Shown piece by piece: positions 1 to 9,545 of a DNA stretch of 26,901 nucleotides; the stretch's first letter is position 1, and the number at the start of each line of letters is the position of its first letter. Source of the DNA: Paramoeba atlantica. Its lineage: Eukaryota; Protista; Discosea. Under the pieces are notes generated by a model. That model had not been told where the DNA came from, did no database searches, and worked only from the letters and a program-made list of their open reading frames with translations. The translations under genes were made by a program, and so were the position numbers. The stretch spans positions 1-26,901 of the forward strand of contig CDRNVI010000133.1 of assembly GCA_977017575.1 (NCBI GenBank). Reading direction: 5' to 3'.

Positions 1-102
1 GAACGCTTAAACGATTGTGCTGACGCATGGATAGAAGTTCCTATGAATCATCTACTAGTAGTAGAGAAGAATTTAGAAACCTACTTAGAACCATTATCCT
101 AA
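1..102 (+). CDS. 3' end (partial) of a probable class II glutamine amidotransferase, YafJ/EgtC-like
   Basis: Frame 1 is open from the window edge: ERLNDCADAWIEVPMNHLLVVEKNLETYLEPLS*. The W-x-E-V-P-x-N-H-L-L-V-V tail resembles the GATase_4 C-terminus. Only 33 aa are visible. Confidence 0.45.
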   Translation, partial: ERLNDCADAWIEVPMNHLLVVEKNLETYLEPLS

Positions 103-136
103 AAGCGCAGTGTATTTGGCATACATGAGCACTTTT
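101..136. terminator. Candidate bidirectional intrinsic terminator between convergent genes
   Basis: Imperfect hairpin AAAAGCGC-AG-TGTAT-ttggc-ATACA-TGA-GCACTTTT flanked by A and T runs, right after the stop at 102 and downstream of pncB. Confidence 0.35.
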
Positions 137-194
137 TGTTTACATTTTCTGGCAAGATCCACCAAAGATGGCGTTTTCCTTAATAGTGCCTGAG

Positions 195-1355
195 TTATTC
201 TATATGAAAGACTTGTTTAAGGTAGGCAAGATAAGATAAATCTCGACACATGGTTTTTCCAGGATCATCACTCACTTTTGCTACTGGTTGACCATTACAT
301 TCAATCATCTTAATCACAATCTGAATAGGATCAGGACCGATGTCATTTGTTAAATTGGTTCCAATACCAAATACGGGATTAGTTTTATTTTTAAAATAAT
401 CAAACAGCTGTAACGCTTTGGGAAATGTCAAATTATTGCTAAACAACATGGTTTTTGTTTTCGCATTAACCCGCATTTTTTGATAATGTGTCAACAGTTT
501 ATCTCCCCATATAAATGGATCACCAGAATCATTACGTGCACCATCAAACAATTTACAGAAAAATAAATCAAAATCATTTAAAAAAGCGTTCATTCCACAT
601 ACATCTGATAAGGCGATCCCTAGCTCCCCGCGATACTCCTGTGCCCAATGTTCAAAAGCAAAACGTTGGCTATCACTTAAGCGTGGTCCTAGCGCTTGGC
701 AAGCTTGTAAGTATTCATGTGCCATCGTTCCCATTGGACGAATACCAAATTCTTTAGCGAAAAACACATTGCTAGTACCAGAAAATTGCGTGGGCAATGC
801 TTTTGATAACGTTTCATCTACTTCACGTTGCCAAGCATGTGAAAATCGTCTACGGGTACCAAAATCAGAAAATCGAAAGTTACCGTAAGATGGATCTTGT
901 TTAACTAATTTAATCTTTTCTTGTAATCGATTACGACCTTCTTCAAAGGTTAAATCAGGATAAAGTTCTCTGAAATATACTTCGCTGATAATCGCTAATA
1001 TAGGCACTTCAAATAAAATAGTATGTAACCAAGGGCCTTTAATTGAGAGTGAAAATTCATCTTTAGTCGTAATTTTAATAAATTCTCGGTTTAATCTAAA
1101 AATACGCAAAAAATCGATAAAGTCACTTTTAAAGAAGCTAAACTCATTTAAATAGGCTAATTCGTCTTGAGCAAACTGTAATTGACATAACTGATCAATT
1201 TCTTGACTGATTTTGTCAGCCAGTTTATTTAACGCAATATTAGGAGTACGACATTTAAATGCATATTCAACAATAGCCCCGGGAAACTGATGCAGCACAG
1301 CTTGCATCATGGTAAATTTATATAAATCTGTATCAAGCAATGATTGAATAATCAC
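195..1355 (-). CDS. pncB: Nicotinate phosphoribosyltransferase
   Basis: 386 aa, GTG start. Motifs [31 protein letters not shown] (phospho-His), [13 protein letters not shown] and [10 protein letters not shown]. Confidence 0.97.
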   Translation of the reverse strand: MIIQSLLDTDLYKFTMMQAVLHQFPGAIVEYAFKCRTPNIALNKLADKISQEIDQLCQLQFAQDELAYLNEFSFFKSDFIDFLRIFRLNREFIKITTKDEFSLSIKGPWLHTILFEVPILAIISEVYFRELYPDLTFEEGRNRLQEKIKLVKQDPSYGNFRFSDFGTRRRFSHAWQREVDETLSKALPTQFSGTSNVFFAKEFGIRPMGTMAHEYLQACQALGPRLSDSQRFAFEHWAQEYRGELGIALSDVCGMNAFLNDFDLFFCKLFDGARNDSGDPFIWGDKLLTHYQKMRVNAKTKTMLFSNNLTFPKALQLFDYFKNKTNPVFGIGTNLTNDIGPDPIQIVIKMIECNGQPVAKVSDDPGKTMCRDLSYLAYLKQVFHIE

Positions 1356-2017
1356 GTTACTGTCTCATTAACACTAATATATTGAGCTAAATCACTTGCA
1401 CTATTTAGTAATATCGCACCAGCTTGTTGCATTACTGTAACTGCTTGAACAACCGTATGTGAATCAATACCTCGACAAGCAGCCAAATTAACCAACACGT
1501 CTATATTAACACGGCGTAGCTGTAACACCGTATTTTTCACGCAGTGATCCGTTGCTAATCCACCAACTATTACTGCTTTAATCGCATGGGCATGCAAAAA
1601 TTCAATGACACCGGTTGACAATGTTTCTTGCAAATCATGATAACACGCACCATAAGGGTGCAAATCCAACTCAACCCCTTTCCAAATAAAATAATCGTAC
1701 TCTTCCGGCTTGGGTAAACTATCAATTAATTCAAAACCAATTGTGCCAGGTATTGCATGGGCTGGCCAATACACATCAGCTTGTGGTGCATTTAAAGGGG
1801 ATAATGGTGGATGCGTTGCATCACTTACCCAAATTGCCTGTGGACTGTGTGCATCTTTAGAACCAATACGCCAAGCTGCCCAAGCTGCTTGTGCAGTTAA
1901 CTCTGCAACAATTTGATCCCCTTCTTGGACTGGCAATTCATCTGGACAATGTGGCGTAAACGCATTTTGAGGATCAATATCAAAACTAGCAACGTGCTGT
2001 TTAGTCAAACTTAACAT
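1352..2017 (-). CDS. pncA: Nicotinamidase (isochorismatase-like hydrolase)
   Basis: 221 aa. DIDPQNAF (catalytic Asp), DAH, WPAHA, KG (catalytic Lys) and GLATDHCV (catalytic Cys). Its TGA stop overlaps the pncB GTG start. Confidence 0.92.
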   Translation of the reverse strand: MLSLTKQHVASFDIDPQNAFTPHCPDELPVQEGDQIVAELTAQAAWAAWRIGSKDAHSPQAIWVSDATHPPLSPLNAPQADVYWPAHAIPGTIGFELIDSLPKPEEYDYFIWKGVELDLHPYGACYHDLQETLSTGVIEFLHAHAIKAVIVGGLATDHCVKNTVLQLRRVNIDVLVNLAACRGIDSHTVVQAVTVMQQAGAILLNSASDLAQYISVNETVT

Positions 2018-2700
2018 TATGCAGGGACACCACGCGTTGCAGCTTTTTCTAATAGATTACATTCTTCACGCCATAATGTTGCGACAATGGGATGTTGTAA
2101 AAAATGTTCCATAAAATTTGCCAATCTTGGACAGGTTGCCGGATCAATATGAAAACCAGCATGATAGATCCCTAATAACATACTACCCACAGCCATGTCA
2201 GCAATTGAAAATATATTACCAATAAAATAATAACTACTGGTTAACTGCGATTCCAAATAAGCAAATAACGGAGGCAAGTCAACAGTCATTGCATCATGAG
2301 TCACCGCATCATCTTTTGGTTGTCCAAAAAACAATGGACCGACTACCTGTGCCCATAATATTTTGGGATTAATAACACGACTTAGCTCATTATTAGCAAA
2401 CTGTTCTAACCAAATTGCTTTTGCATAATCAGCCGGATTGTTTGGATAAACTGGATTATTCGGATAGCGTGCTTCTAAATAAGCACAGCTTGCAACTGAA
2501 TCGGGTAGCACAACTTGATCGTCAGTAAACACTGGAATTTTACCACAAGGACTAAGCGATTGAAACGGCTCTGCCTTGTCATGTGGACGGGTTAATACAA
2601 ATTCATAGTCAATTTGCTTATGCGCTAATAACACACGTACTTTGCGCACAAATGGTGAAATAGGCACGCCATATAGCGTAGTTTGCGTTGCGGCCACCAT
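2017..2700 (-). CDS. Glutathione S-transferase family protein
   Basis: 227 aa. N-terminal SPFVRKVR, GKIPVF (cis-Pro), DS motif and C-terminal FSIADMAV. Stop overlaps the pncA start (TAATG). Confidence 0.92.
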   Translation of the reverse strand: MVAATQTTLYGVPISPFVRKVRVLLAHKQIDYEFVLTRPHDKAEPFQSLSPCGKIPVFTDDQVVLPDSVASCAYLEARYPNNPVYPNNPADYAKAIWLEQFANNELSRVINPKILWAQVVGPLFFGQPKDDAVTHDAMTVDLPPLFAYLESQLTSSYYFIGNIFSIADMAVGSMLLGIYHAGFHIDPATCPRLANFMEHFLQHPIVATLWREECNLLEKAATRGVPA

Positions 2701-2704
2701 ATTA

Positions 2705-2710
2705 CCTCCT
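2705..2710 (-). promoter_or_regulatory. Shine-Dalgarno site of the GST-pncA-pncB operon
   Basis: AGGAGG on the minus strand, 4 nt upstream of the ATG at 2700. Confidence 0.75.
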
Positions 2711-2863
2711 ATCAGAATTTAACAAAGGTAGTCTAACATACCTTTCACAACGAAGCTCTGGTATAAGCTTAAGATGAGTCCATCTTTTATATCTGCCCAC
2801 ATCGTGATTGAAATATAATTTGAGGGCGACTATGTATTTATTATTTCTCGCTTTAGAGCATAT

Positions 2864-4503
2864 TTAATTACTAAAACTACAACTGCTGCCAGGATTGCCT
2901 TTAGCACCTTTAACGCTGGCGCCAAGAAACGGAGCTGTTGGTATCACCAAATCGGGAGGCCTTGATACATGCTCTACTCTGCTCTCTGTAAACCACAGAG
3001 CAAATAATGTTTTGAGTCTTTGTTCTTCTAATAATGATTCATCCTCTACTAGTGGAATTTCTACATCTTCTGCTTCTTCTTTTTCCTCTAATTTTCCTCT
3101 TGATTCTTTTTTATCAGAATCTTTTTCTAATAATAGCTGTGTAAGTATTGTAATAGCATAATTAATTTTTCTATTAAAACTATCCAAACTAGTTAGCTGC
3201 TCTATTTGATCAATTTTTCAAAAAACAACTCATTATCTATGCTAATATCATTTATGCCACTATCGTTACGTATTCGATTAAAGAATTGACTAATTTCTTA
3301 CATATCATCATCAAAAAATTCAATGATACAATTTAAAGTCTGATCATGCGCAATAGTAATAAGCGCTTGTAGTAACAAAGGTCTAACCGGTTGCTTTTTA
3401 TAATAAAAATAAGATACAAAGTCTACAGTACAGCCAGTACGCATATCACTTCGCAGAATATTAATTGATTGACGTAGTAATGCTAATGATTCACGCAGCC
3501 ATTTTGAAAATGCATCAATATAATGTGTTTTAGCATCTCGTTCTTCTTGTTGAAGTTCAAGGAAGGCATTGCCGAATAAAGTCAATTCCTCTTTATTGAA
3601 CCATAAACTATTGTAGATAGCTTGTGAAGCAACAGATAAGCTATCTCTTTCTTCACCTGGATTATATTTATCGTAAATCATAGTAAAGGCAAGCAACAAT
3701 GCCAATTCATCTAAACTTTGCTGTGTCAATTCTAATCTTGTTGCAAGGATAGATTTAAAAGCAGTACCATTTTGACGTTGAAAATTTACTTTAGGTAAAT
3801 TTGACAGATTTTTTTCTTGGATTATTTTTTTTATTCTATCTGCAAAGTTGCTCATTCTGTCAGGTAAATTTTTCGCAGAGTTTTCTAGTGTAGTTATTGT
3901 ACGTTTAAAGTCAAAAAACTGGCCATAGTGATTATCTTTATCAAGAAATTCACAAGGTGGTGCTAAGTATGTCTTAAATTTAGATGGTTGATCTTCCTGA
4001 AAAAGATTACTTTGTTGTATTAATCGTAATGGAATCATATTCATATATGCAGGCTCATTTGTTAAATCGTCTGCTTGAGATAACATAGCAAAAAATTTAA
4101 CGATAGGATGCTTAGAAAAAGATATTACTTTTGCCAAATCAGCAGGGAAAATTTTTATGTGTGCTGTGTTAGGTGGATTGCCGGCTTCCTCATCTGATGG
4201 TATCTCATCTAATGAGATCGCTTCTTTAAACTGATCATCCTGATTTATAGAATCGTAGTAACTATATTCAGATGCCATATAAAGTGTACCACCCAATTTA
4301 TTAAACATCTGACGTATAAACTTATGAGATATCGCTATTAACAACGCTAGCACAACTATAGCGGACAATATGGTTGCTAAGCCTACAAATAATAAGTATC
4401 TATCTTCAGTATCATCAATTATAGATTTAAATATATCAGCTATAAACAAAGCAATAGAACTACTTTTATACAAACAAGCAGCTAGAATAAAACATACAAG
4501 TAT
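2864..4503 (-). pseudogene. Hypothetical membrane protein gene, about 547 visible codons, apparently broken by an in-frame TAA and a -1 frameshift, and 5'-truncated at the junction
   Basis: ORF 3298-4473 is open upstream to 4503 (ILVCFILAAC) with no ATG. After its TAA the same frame continues (EISQFFNRIRNDSGINDISIDNELFFEK). One extra A in the A5 run at 3214-3218 joins it to the frame of ORF 2864-3187 (IDQIEQLTSLDSFNRK). Two hydrophobic segments near the N-terminus. The breaks may be sequencing errors. Confidence 0.55.
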
Positions 4504-4565
4504 TTATATATAATATATTATATATTATATAATTTACATAAATTTTTTCCTTTTTTTTTATATTA

Positions 4566-4654
4566 AGATTATGGTGGGATTCGAACCCACGGTATAATTA
4601 AAATTATACGATCCTTTTCAAGAGGATTACTTTAAACCACTCAGCCACATAAAC
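4566..4654 (-). tRNA. trnS: tRNA-Ser(UGA)
   Basis: Anticodon arm ATCCT-CT-TGA-AA-AGGAT, long variable arm, GTTCGAAT T loop. U:U mismatch at 2:71. Confidence 0.93.
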
Positions 4655-4668
4655 TTATTTTTATACAA

Positions 4669-4741
4669 CGACCTGGGCAGGATTCGAACCTACATCTGAT
4701 TGGTTAACAGCCAATTATTTTACCATTGAAACTACCAAGTA
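4669..4741 (-). tRNA. trnN: tRNA-Asn(GUU)
   Basis: ATTGG-CT-GTT-AA-CCAAT anticodon arm. U:C mismatch at 1:72. Confidence 0.95.
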
Positions 4742-4867
4742 TTGTTTTACAAATTACAAACTTTAATTTAAAGTTTGTTGTTTTATTACATATAATATTT
4801 TCAAAATATTATATATTTTATTTTTTCTTATATAGAAATTTTTTTTCTTTTTTCTTTTTTCTTTTTA

Positions 4868-6611
4868 TAAATTAGATTGATTCTTAAAATTATTTAGCTC
4901 AATCCTTCACAGGACTTACACACATAACTTAATTTCGTAATAATCTTTTACAATCAATACTTTTAAAATATTTTAGGATAATCTTCTTATATCTGATTGA
5001 ATTCAATAATTATATTATTAATATTTAGCTACTCGACTATGCAATTATAATTACAACCGATTTACCAGTGATATTCCTTCTCCAGTCCTTTCGTACTAAG
5101 ATAAGATTCCTTCAATTTTAATTAATTAATAGTAGATAGGAACCGAACTGTCTCACGACGTTCTGAACCCAATTCAGGTGCCACTTTAAAAGGCGAACAG
5201 CCTTACCCTTGGAACATTTTTCTTAACCAGGATGTGACCAATCGACATCGAGGTGCCAAACAACCCCGTCGATATCTTCTCTCCGGAGTCATAAGCCTGT
5301 TATCCCTAGCGTACCTTTTATCCGTTGAGCAATATATTTTCCATTCAATTATATTGGATCACTATGACCGACCTTTTTAATAAAAAAGATCTCTGTTTGA
5401 TTTGTAAATCTCACAGTTAAGTAATTTTTAGCCATTACACGCCAAAATTTTCTAATAAAATTTTAATTACCTTTGTACACCTCAGTTACATTTTATGAGG
5501 TCTCCGCCCCAGAGAAACTACCAAATATATTCTGTCAATAAAAAATTATTAAGTTTTAAAAATTAAATTCAAACTATTCCAAGATTATCTAAACAATTAA
5601 CTAATATTAAAATTTTAAAACGATTAGTTTGTATCCTATAAATTTAATTTTTAATAACAAAATATAACTGCAGTAAAGGTGCATAGGGTCTTTCCGTCTA
5701 GCTATTAATACGCTGCATCTGCACAGAGAATTCAATTTCGCTAATATAATACCGGAGACAGTAGGATAGTCGTTACACCATTCATGCAAGGTCGAAACTT
5801 ACTCGACAAGGAATTTCGCTACCTTCGAACCGTTATATTTACAGCTGCCGTTTACTATTCATTCTATATAAAGCTAATACATTAAATAATATATTAACAA
5901 TAACAATTACCTTTATAGCACCGGGCAGGTGTCAGACCTTATACATCATTAATTAATTTTGCAAAGTCCTGTGTTTTTGTTAAACAGTCGCCATCCTCTA
6001 TTCTGTTACATTTTTATATACATATAATGTATATATAAAAATACTCTTTCTCCCGAAGTTACAGAGTTAATTTGCCGAGTTCCTTCGATATTATTCAATT
6101 ATTCATCTTAGTATTCTCTACTAATCCTCCTGTGTAGGATTTAGTACGGTTTTATATATTAGTATTCTTTCTTGAATTTATTTTTTAAATATTTCAATCA
6201 ATATATTCGAATATATCACACAATGTTTTACTATATTTATTAAAATTTGATCCTAAAATATTTAAAAAATAAACTGTCATCTACTAATAACGTTAAAAAT
6301 ATTATGTTATCCTTATAACTCTTTAACTACCCTTCAATTATTACTATCATATTCATTTTAGGGACCGATTAACCTAATGCAGTTTATCTTGACATTAGAA
6401 ACCTTAGATTTTTAGATGATAATGTTTATAACATTATTTTTGCTACTTATGCCAGTATATTCAATTTTAATTTTATAATTTAACAATTTTTTTTTTCTTT
6501 TATAAAACGTTCTACTACCAATATTATTATTTTAAATAATATTTTATAATTTCGGTATAATATTTATTTTCGTTATATTTTTGTATATAAATATCTATCA
6601 ATAGTGAGCTG

Positions 6612-6645
<34 letters not shown>

Positions 6646-7646
6646 CTACCTCCTATTCATTGTTAATATTATAATATACTTTTTAACTTAATATTAATTT
6701 AGAAACCTTAATTTATAATCTGGGCTCTTTCCCTCTTGATATACAACCTTTTCGCCATATATCGAAATTAAAATTTTTACTTTATATTTATTTGAAGTTC
6801 ATATGGATTCAACAACCCAATATGGTAGCTCTACCTTATATAAATTTAAATTTCATCTCTACTTAAATAGATTTCGTAGAAAACCAGCTATCTCCAAGTT
6901 TGATTAGCCTTTCACCCCTAATCATAGGTCATCCCAATATATTGCAACATAAACGGGTTCGATCCTCCATTAATATTTAATTAACTTCAATCTGCCCATG
7001 ACTAGATCACTTGGTTTCGGGTCTAATTATTATAACTATAAATATATTAATTACAATTAAAAAATTTAATAATTTTTTATTTTGCTACAATAATTAACTC
7101 ACTGACCCATTATGCAAAAGGTACCTTTTAACATATAATTATTTATGCTTAAAGTGCTATTTAGTATTAAATTTCAAAATCTATTTCAACATTTTTAAAA
7201 AATTTCTTTTCATCTTTCCTTCACAGTACTTTTTCACTATCGCTCAATAATAATTCTTTAGCCTTTAGAGATGGTACTCTAATCTTCAAACAAATTTAGT
7301 TTTTATTTTACTCAAAACCAATAATAATAATAAAAAATAACAAGACTATTATATTACTTATTTTGTTAATTATTCCAAATTATTATATTTTTTATTATAT
7401 TATTGTTTAATTTAGCTATTTTATTTTCGCTCGCCACTACTAATAATATCATTTTTATTTTTTTTAACTAATTACTAAGATGATTCAATTCATTAGATAT
7501 TCTTTAATTATTTAATTTAATTGGGTTTTCCCTTTAGATACGTGAATATTGAAAAATTATTATTATTTTACTTTCACATTACGTTTAAAACGTCTATAAA
7601 CTTATTATTGGCAAGATATCCGTTTAATACTATTTTAAATTTATAA
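4868..7646 (-). rRNA. rnl: Mitochondrial large subunit rRNA (ends approximate, no obvious intron)
   Basis: Reverse complements of conserved 23S motifs: GACATCGAGGTGCCAAAC (peptidyl-transferase centre), CTGTCTCACGACGTTCTGAACCC, CTCGACAAGGAATTTCGCTACCTT, CCCATTATGCAAAAGGTAC and mitochondrial-style TGTTATCCCTAGCGTAC. Ends placed by analogy to 23S termini. Confidence 0.95.
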
Positions 7647-7705
7647 AAAAATTTTAAAATGATTTGTTTAAAAATTATTCAACATTATTATATATTTTAA
7701 TCAAA

Positions 7706-7786
7706 TGGAAGTGGTAGGATTCGAACCTACGATGTATAAATACAATAGATTTACAGTCTACCGCTTTACCGCTCAGCCACACTATA
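7706..7786 (-). tRNA. trnY: tRNA-Tyr(GUA)
   Basis: GTAGA-CT-GTA-AA-TCTAT arm and extended variable arm. Acceptor positions 1-3 all mismatched (TAT vs TCC). Confidence 0.94.
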
Positions 7787-7794
7787 AAAAATTA

Positions 7795-7868
7795 TAATTG
7801 GTATAGGACTCGAACCTATATCTAATGATTTAGAAGATCATAATTTTAACCAATTAAACTAACCAATT
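7795..7868 (-). tRNA. trnR: tRNA-Arg(UCU)
   Basis: ATGAT-CT-TCT-AA-ATCAT arm. Fully paired acceptor stem. Confidence 0.94.
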
Positions 7869-7896
7869 AAATACAAAACAACAAAAAATAGGTTGA

Positions 7897-8134
7897 TTAA
7901 GTATATAAGATTAAGAAAGCCATCATTAGGGCAAACAGAGCAATTGCTTCTGTTAATGCGAAACCTAATAAAGTATAACCAAATAAATCGTTTTTAATTG
8001 TAGTATTACGTGAATAAGCAATTAAAAAGCTCCAAAAACTATTCCTATACCTACTCCAGCACCTGCTAAACCTATAGTAGCTAAACCAGCACCTACTTTT
8101 TTGCAAAAATTAACATAATTTCTTGTCCTGCCAT
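7897..8134 (-). CDS. atp9: ATP synthase subunit c (79 aa after correcting two -1 homopolymer frameshifts)
   Basis: Reconstructed [79 protein letters not shown], with the GxGxGxG motif and catalytic Glu (ALTEA). One base is missing in each of the runs 8097-8102 and 8024-8028. Confidence 0.93.
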
Positions 8135-8233
8135 TTTCGAAAATATTTTTATACATATATTTTACTAATTAATAAAAATTCAAAATTGATTACATATTCA
8201 AATGTAATCCATAATAATATTTACGTAATTATA

Positions 8234-8306
8234 TAAGAAGAGTAGGACTCGAACCTACATCTGTGGCTCATGAGACCACTGAGTTAACCTATTACTCCAT
8301 CTTAAA
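8234..8306 (-). tRNA. trnM: tRNA with CAU anticodon (Met)
   Basis: GTGGT-CT-CAT-GA-GCCAC arm. Acceptor positions 1-3 mismatched. Confidence 0.88.
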
Positions 8307-8324
8307 AAATAATTAACTCATCGT

Positions 8325-8407
8325 TATTGGAGGAGGGACTCGAACCCTCAAGCCTAAAAGGCAATAGATTTTAAGTCTATCATGTTTACCAATTCCATCA
8401 CACCATT
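8325..8407 (-). tRNA. trnL: tRNA-Leu(UAA)
   Basis: ATAGA-CT-TAA-AA-TCTAT arm and long variable arm. Mismatches at 2:71 and 6:67. Confidence 0.93.
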
Positions 8408-8580
8408 AAAAAATAATTAATAAAAATTTTTGTATATGAAAATAAAATATTATCTCTTATACAAACCCCCCAAACCCCCCTTATTATATGTGACAAATAA
8501 TATACTTAAATCAGTGTATAATAGATTTCAAAAATTTACAAAAAATTTTATTAAATTAAATTAATACGGATAAAATAATT

Positions 8581-8652
8581 TCATTTCTAAGGGATTTGAA
8601 CCCTTATTTCTGCTGTGAAAGAGCAATGTCCTAACCATTAGACGAAGAAAAA
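8581..8652 (-). tRNA. trnE: tRNA-Glu(UUC)
   Basis: TTGCT-CT-TTC-AC-AGCAG arm. U:U at 2:71 and U.G at 1:72. Confidence 0.93.
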
Positions 8653-8952
8653 TAAATCATATATTATTAAAGTAAGATATATCTAAAATAAATAATCATA
8701 TTAATTTACTAATTTTTTATTTTATTAAAAAATAAAATCTTTTAAATTACTATAATTATTTATTTTATAATTTTTTCTCTTTTTAAAAAAATTTTAAGTA
8801 AAATATGTATGTTTTATGACTGTTATTTCATATGGTAAATGTACATTTATCATAAATTGATATAATAGATATAATAGATAATATTTTATATTTTATATAC
8901 AAAACATCTTGATTATATAGTAATAAAAATAAACATATTTTATTATATTTTA

Positions 8953-9026
8953 TGCGGAGGAAGGGATTCGAACCCTCATCTTTTAACTCGACAGGTTAAA
9001 GCTTTAGCCTATTAAGCTACCTCCTT
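8953..9026 (-). tRNA. trnD: tRNA-Asp(GUC)
   Basis: TTAAC-CT-GTC-GA-GTTAA arm. Mismatches at positions 1 and 2. Confidence 0.94.
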
Positions 9027-9039
9027 GTTATTATAATTA

Positions 9040-9110
9040 TCAGGACGATAGGATTTGAACCTATAACGTCTACACCCAAAATAGATATTTTACCTTTAAA
9101 CTACATCCTT
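9040..9110 (-). tRNA. trnP: tRNA-Pro(UGG)
   Basis: TCTAT-TT-TGG-GT-GTAGA arm. A:G mismatch at 1:72. Confidence 0.93.
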
Positions 9111-9143
9111 ATAAAAAATATTTTTTCTTTTTTATACATACAA

Positions 9144-9217
9144 TACAGATGAGGGGACTCGAACCCCTAAAATTTAGTGCCTAAAACTAATATGTCTACC
9201 AATTCCATCACATCTAT
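9144..9217 (-). tRNA. trnL: tRNA-Leu(UAG), short variable loop
   Basis: TTAGT-TT-TAG-GC-ACTAA arm and Leu-type D arm (ATG-GAATTGGTAGA-CAT). Paired acceptor stem. Confidence 0.9.
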
Positions 9218-9284
9218 CTTTACAAATTAATAAAAAAATTTTAATAAAATATATATTTTATTAATTTTTATTATTCTTAATTTA

Positions 9285-9357
9285 GGTAAGAAATGAGACT
9301 TGAACTCATACTATCGAAATCACAACTCGATGTGCTAACCTATTACACCATTCCATA
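9285..9357 (-). tRNA. trnH: tRNA-His(GUG)
   Basis: TCGAG-TT-GTG-AT-TTCGA arm and C73 discriminator. Positions 1-3 mismatched. Confidence 0.93.
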
Positions 9358-9363
9358 TTTTTA

Positions 9364-9436
9364 TAGATAGTATAGGGCTCGAACCTATAACCCTCAGCTT
9401 AAAAGGCCGATGCTCTACCAATTGAGCTAACTATTT
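9364..9436 (-). tRNA. trnK: tRNA-Lys(UUU)
   Basis: TCGGC-CT-TTT-AA-GCTGA arm. A:C mismatch at 2:71. Confidence 0.95.
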
Positions 9437-9444
9437 TTTTATTT

Positions 9445-9518
9445 ATAACCCAGATAGACTCGAACTATCAATTTGCACTTATCAAATGCATGTTTTAACC
9501 AATTAAAACTATAGGTAT
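9445..9518 (-). tRNA. trnI: tRNA-Ile(GAU)
   Basis: TGCAT-TT-GAT-AA-GTGCA arm. Mismatches at positions 1 and 2; ends could be off by one. Confidence 0.9.
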
Positions 9519-9545
9519 TTATTATATTTATATTAAATTTAAAAA

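Larger units (their letters stand above)
1..4503. other. Bacterial genomic segment (gammaproteobacterial-like)
   Basis: Standard-code ORFs (UGA is the stop of pncA; Trp is TGG), AGGAGG Shine-Dalgarno, pncA/pncB/GST genes, and visibly higher GC than the rest of the window. Taxonomy is inferred from PncB resembling the E. coli type. Confidence 0.9.

Noticed and set aside
515-757. Plus-strand 80-aa ORF
   Set aside because: Antisense shadow of pncB with no recognisable motif.
1710-1916. Plus-strand 68-aa ORF
   Set aside because: Antisense shadow of pncA.
2895-3161. Plus-strand Ser-rich 88-aa ORF
   Set aside because: The Ser richness mirrors Glu/Lys codons on the opposite strand, so it is a shadow ORF.
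5607-5789. 60-aa ORF inside rnl as a possible intron-encoded or homing endonuclease
   Set aside because: It lies over conserved rRNA core sequence, has no LAGLIDADG or GIY-YIG motif, and rnl length leaves no room for an intron.
7897-8106. Track ORF with a novel N-terminus ([11 protein letters not shown]...)
   Set aside because: This is the out-of-frame reading of atp9 upstream of a homopolymer frameshift.
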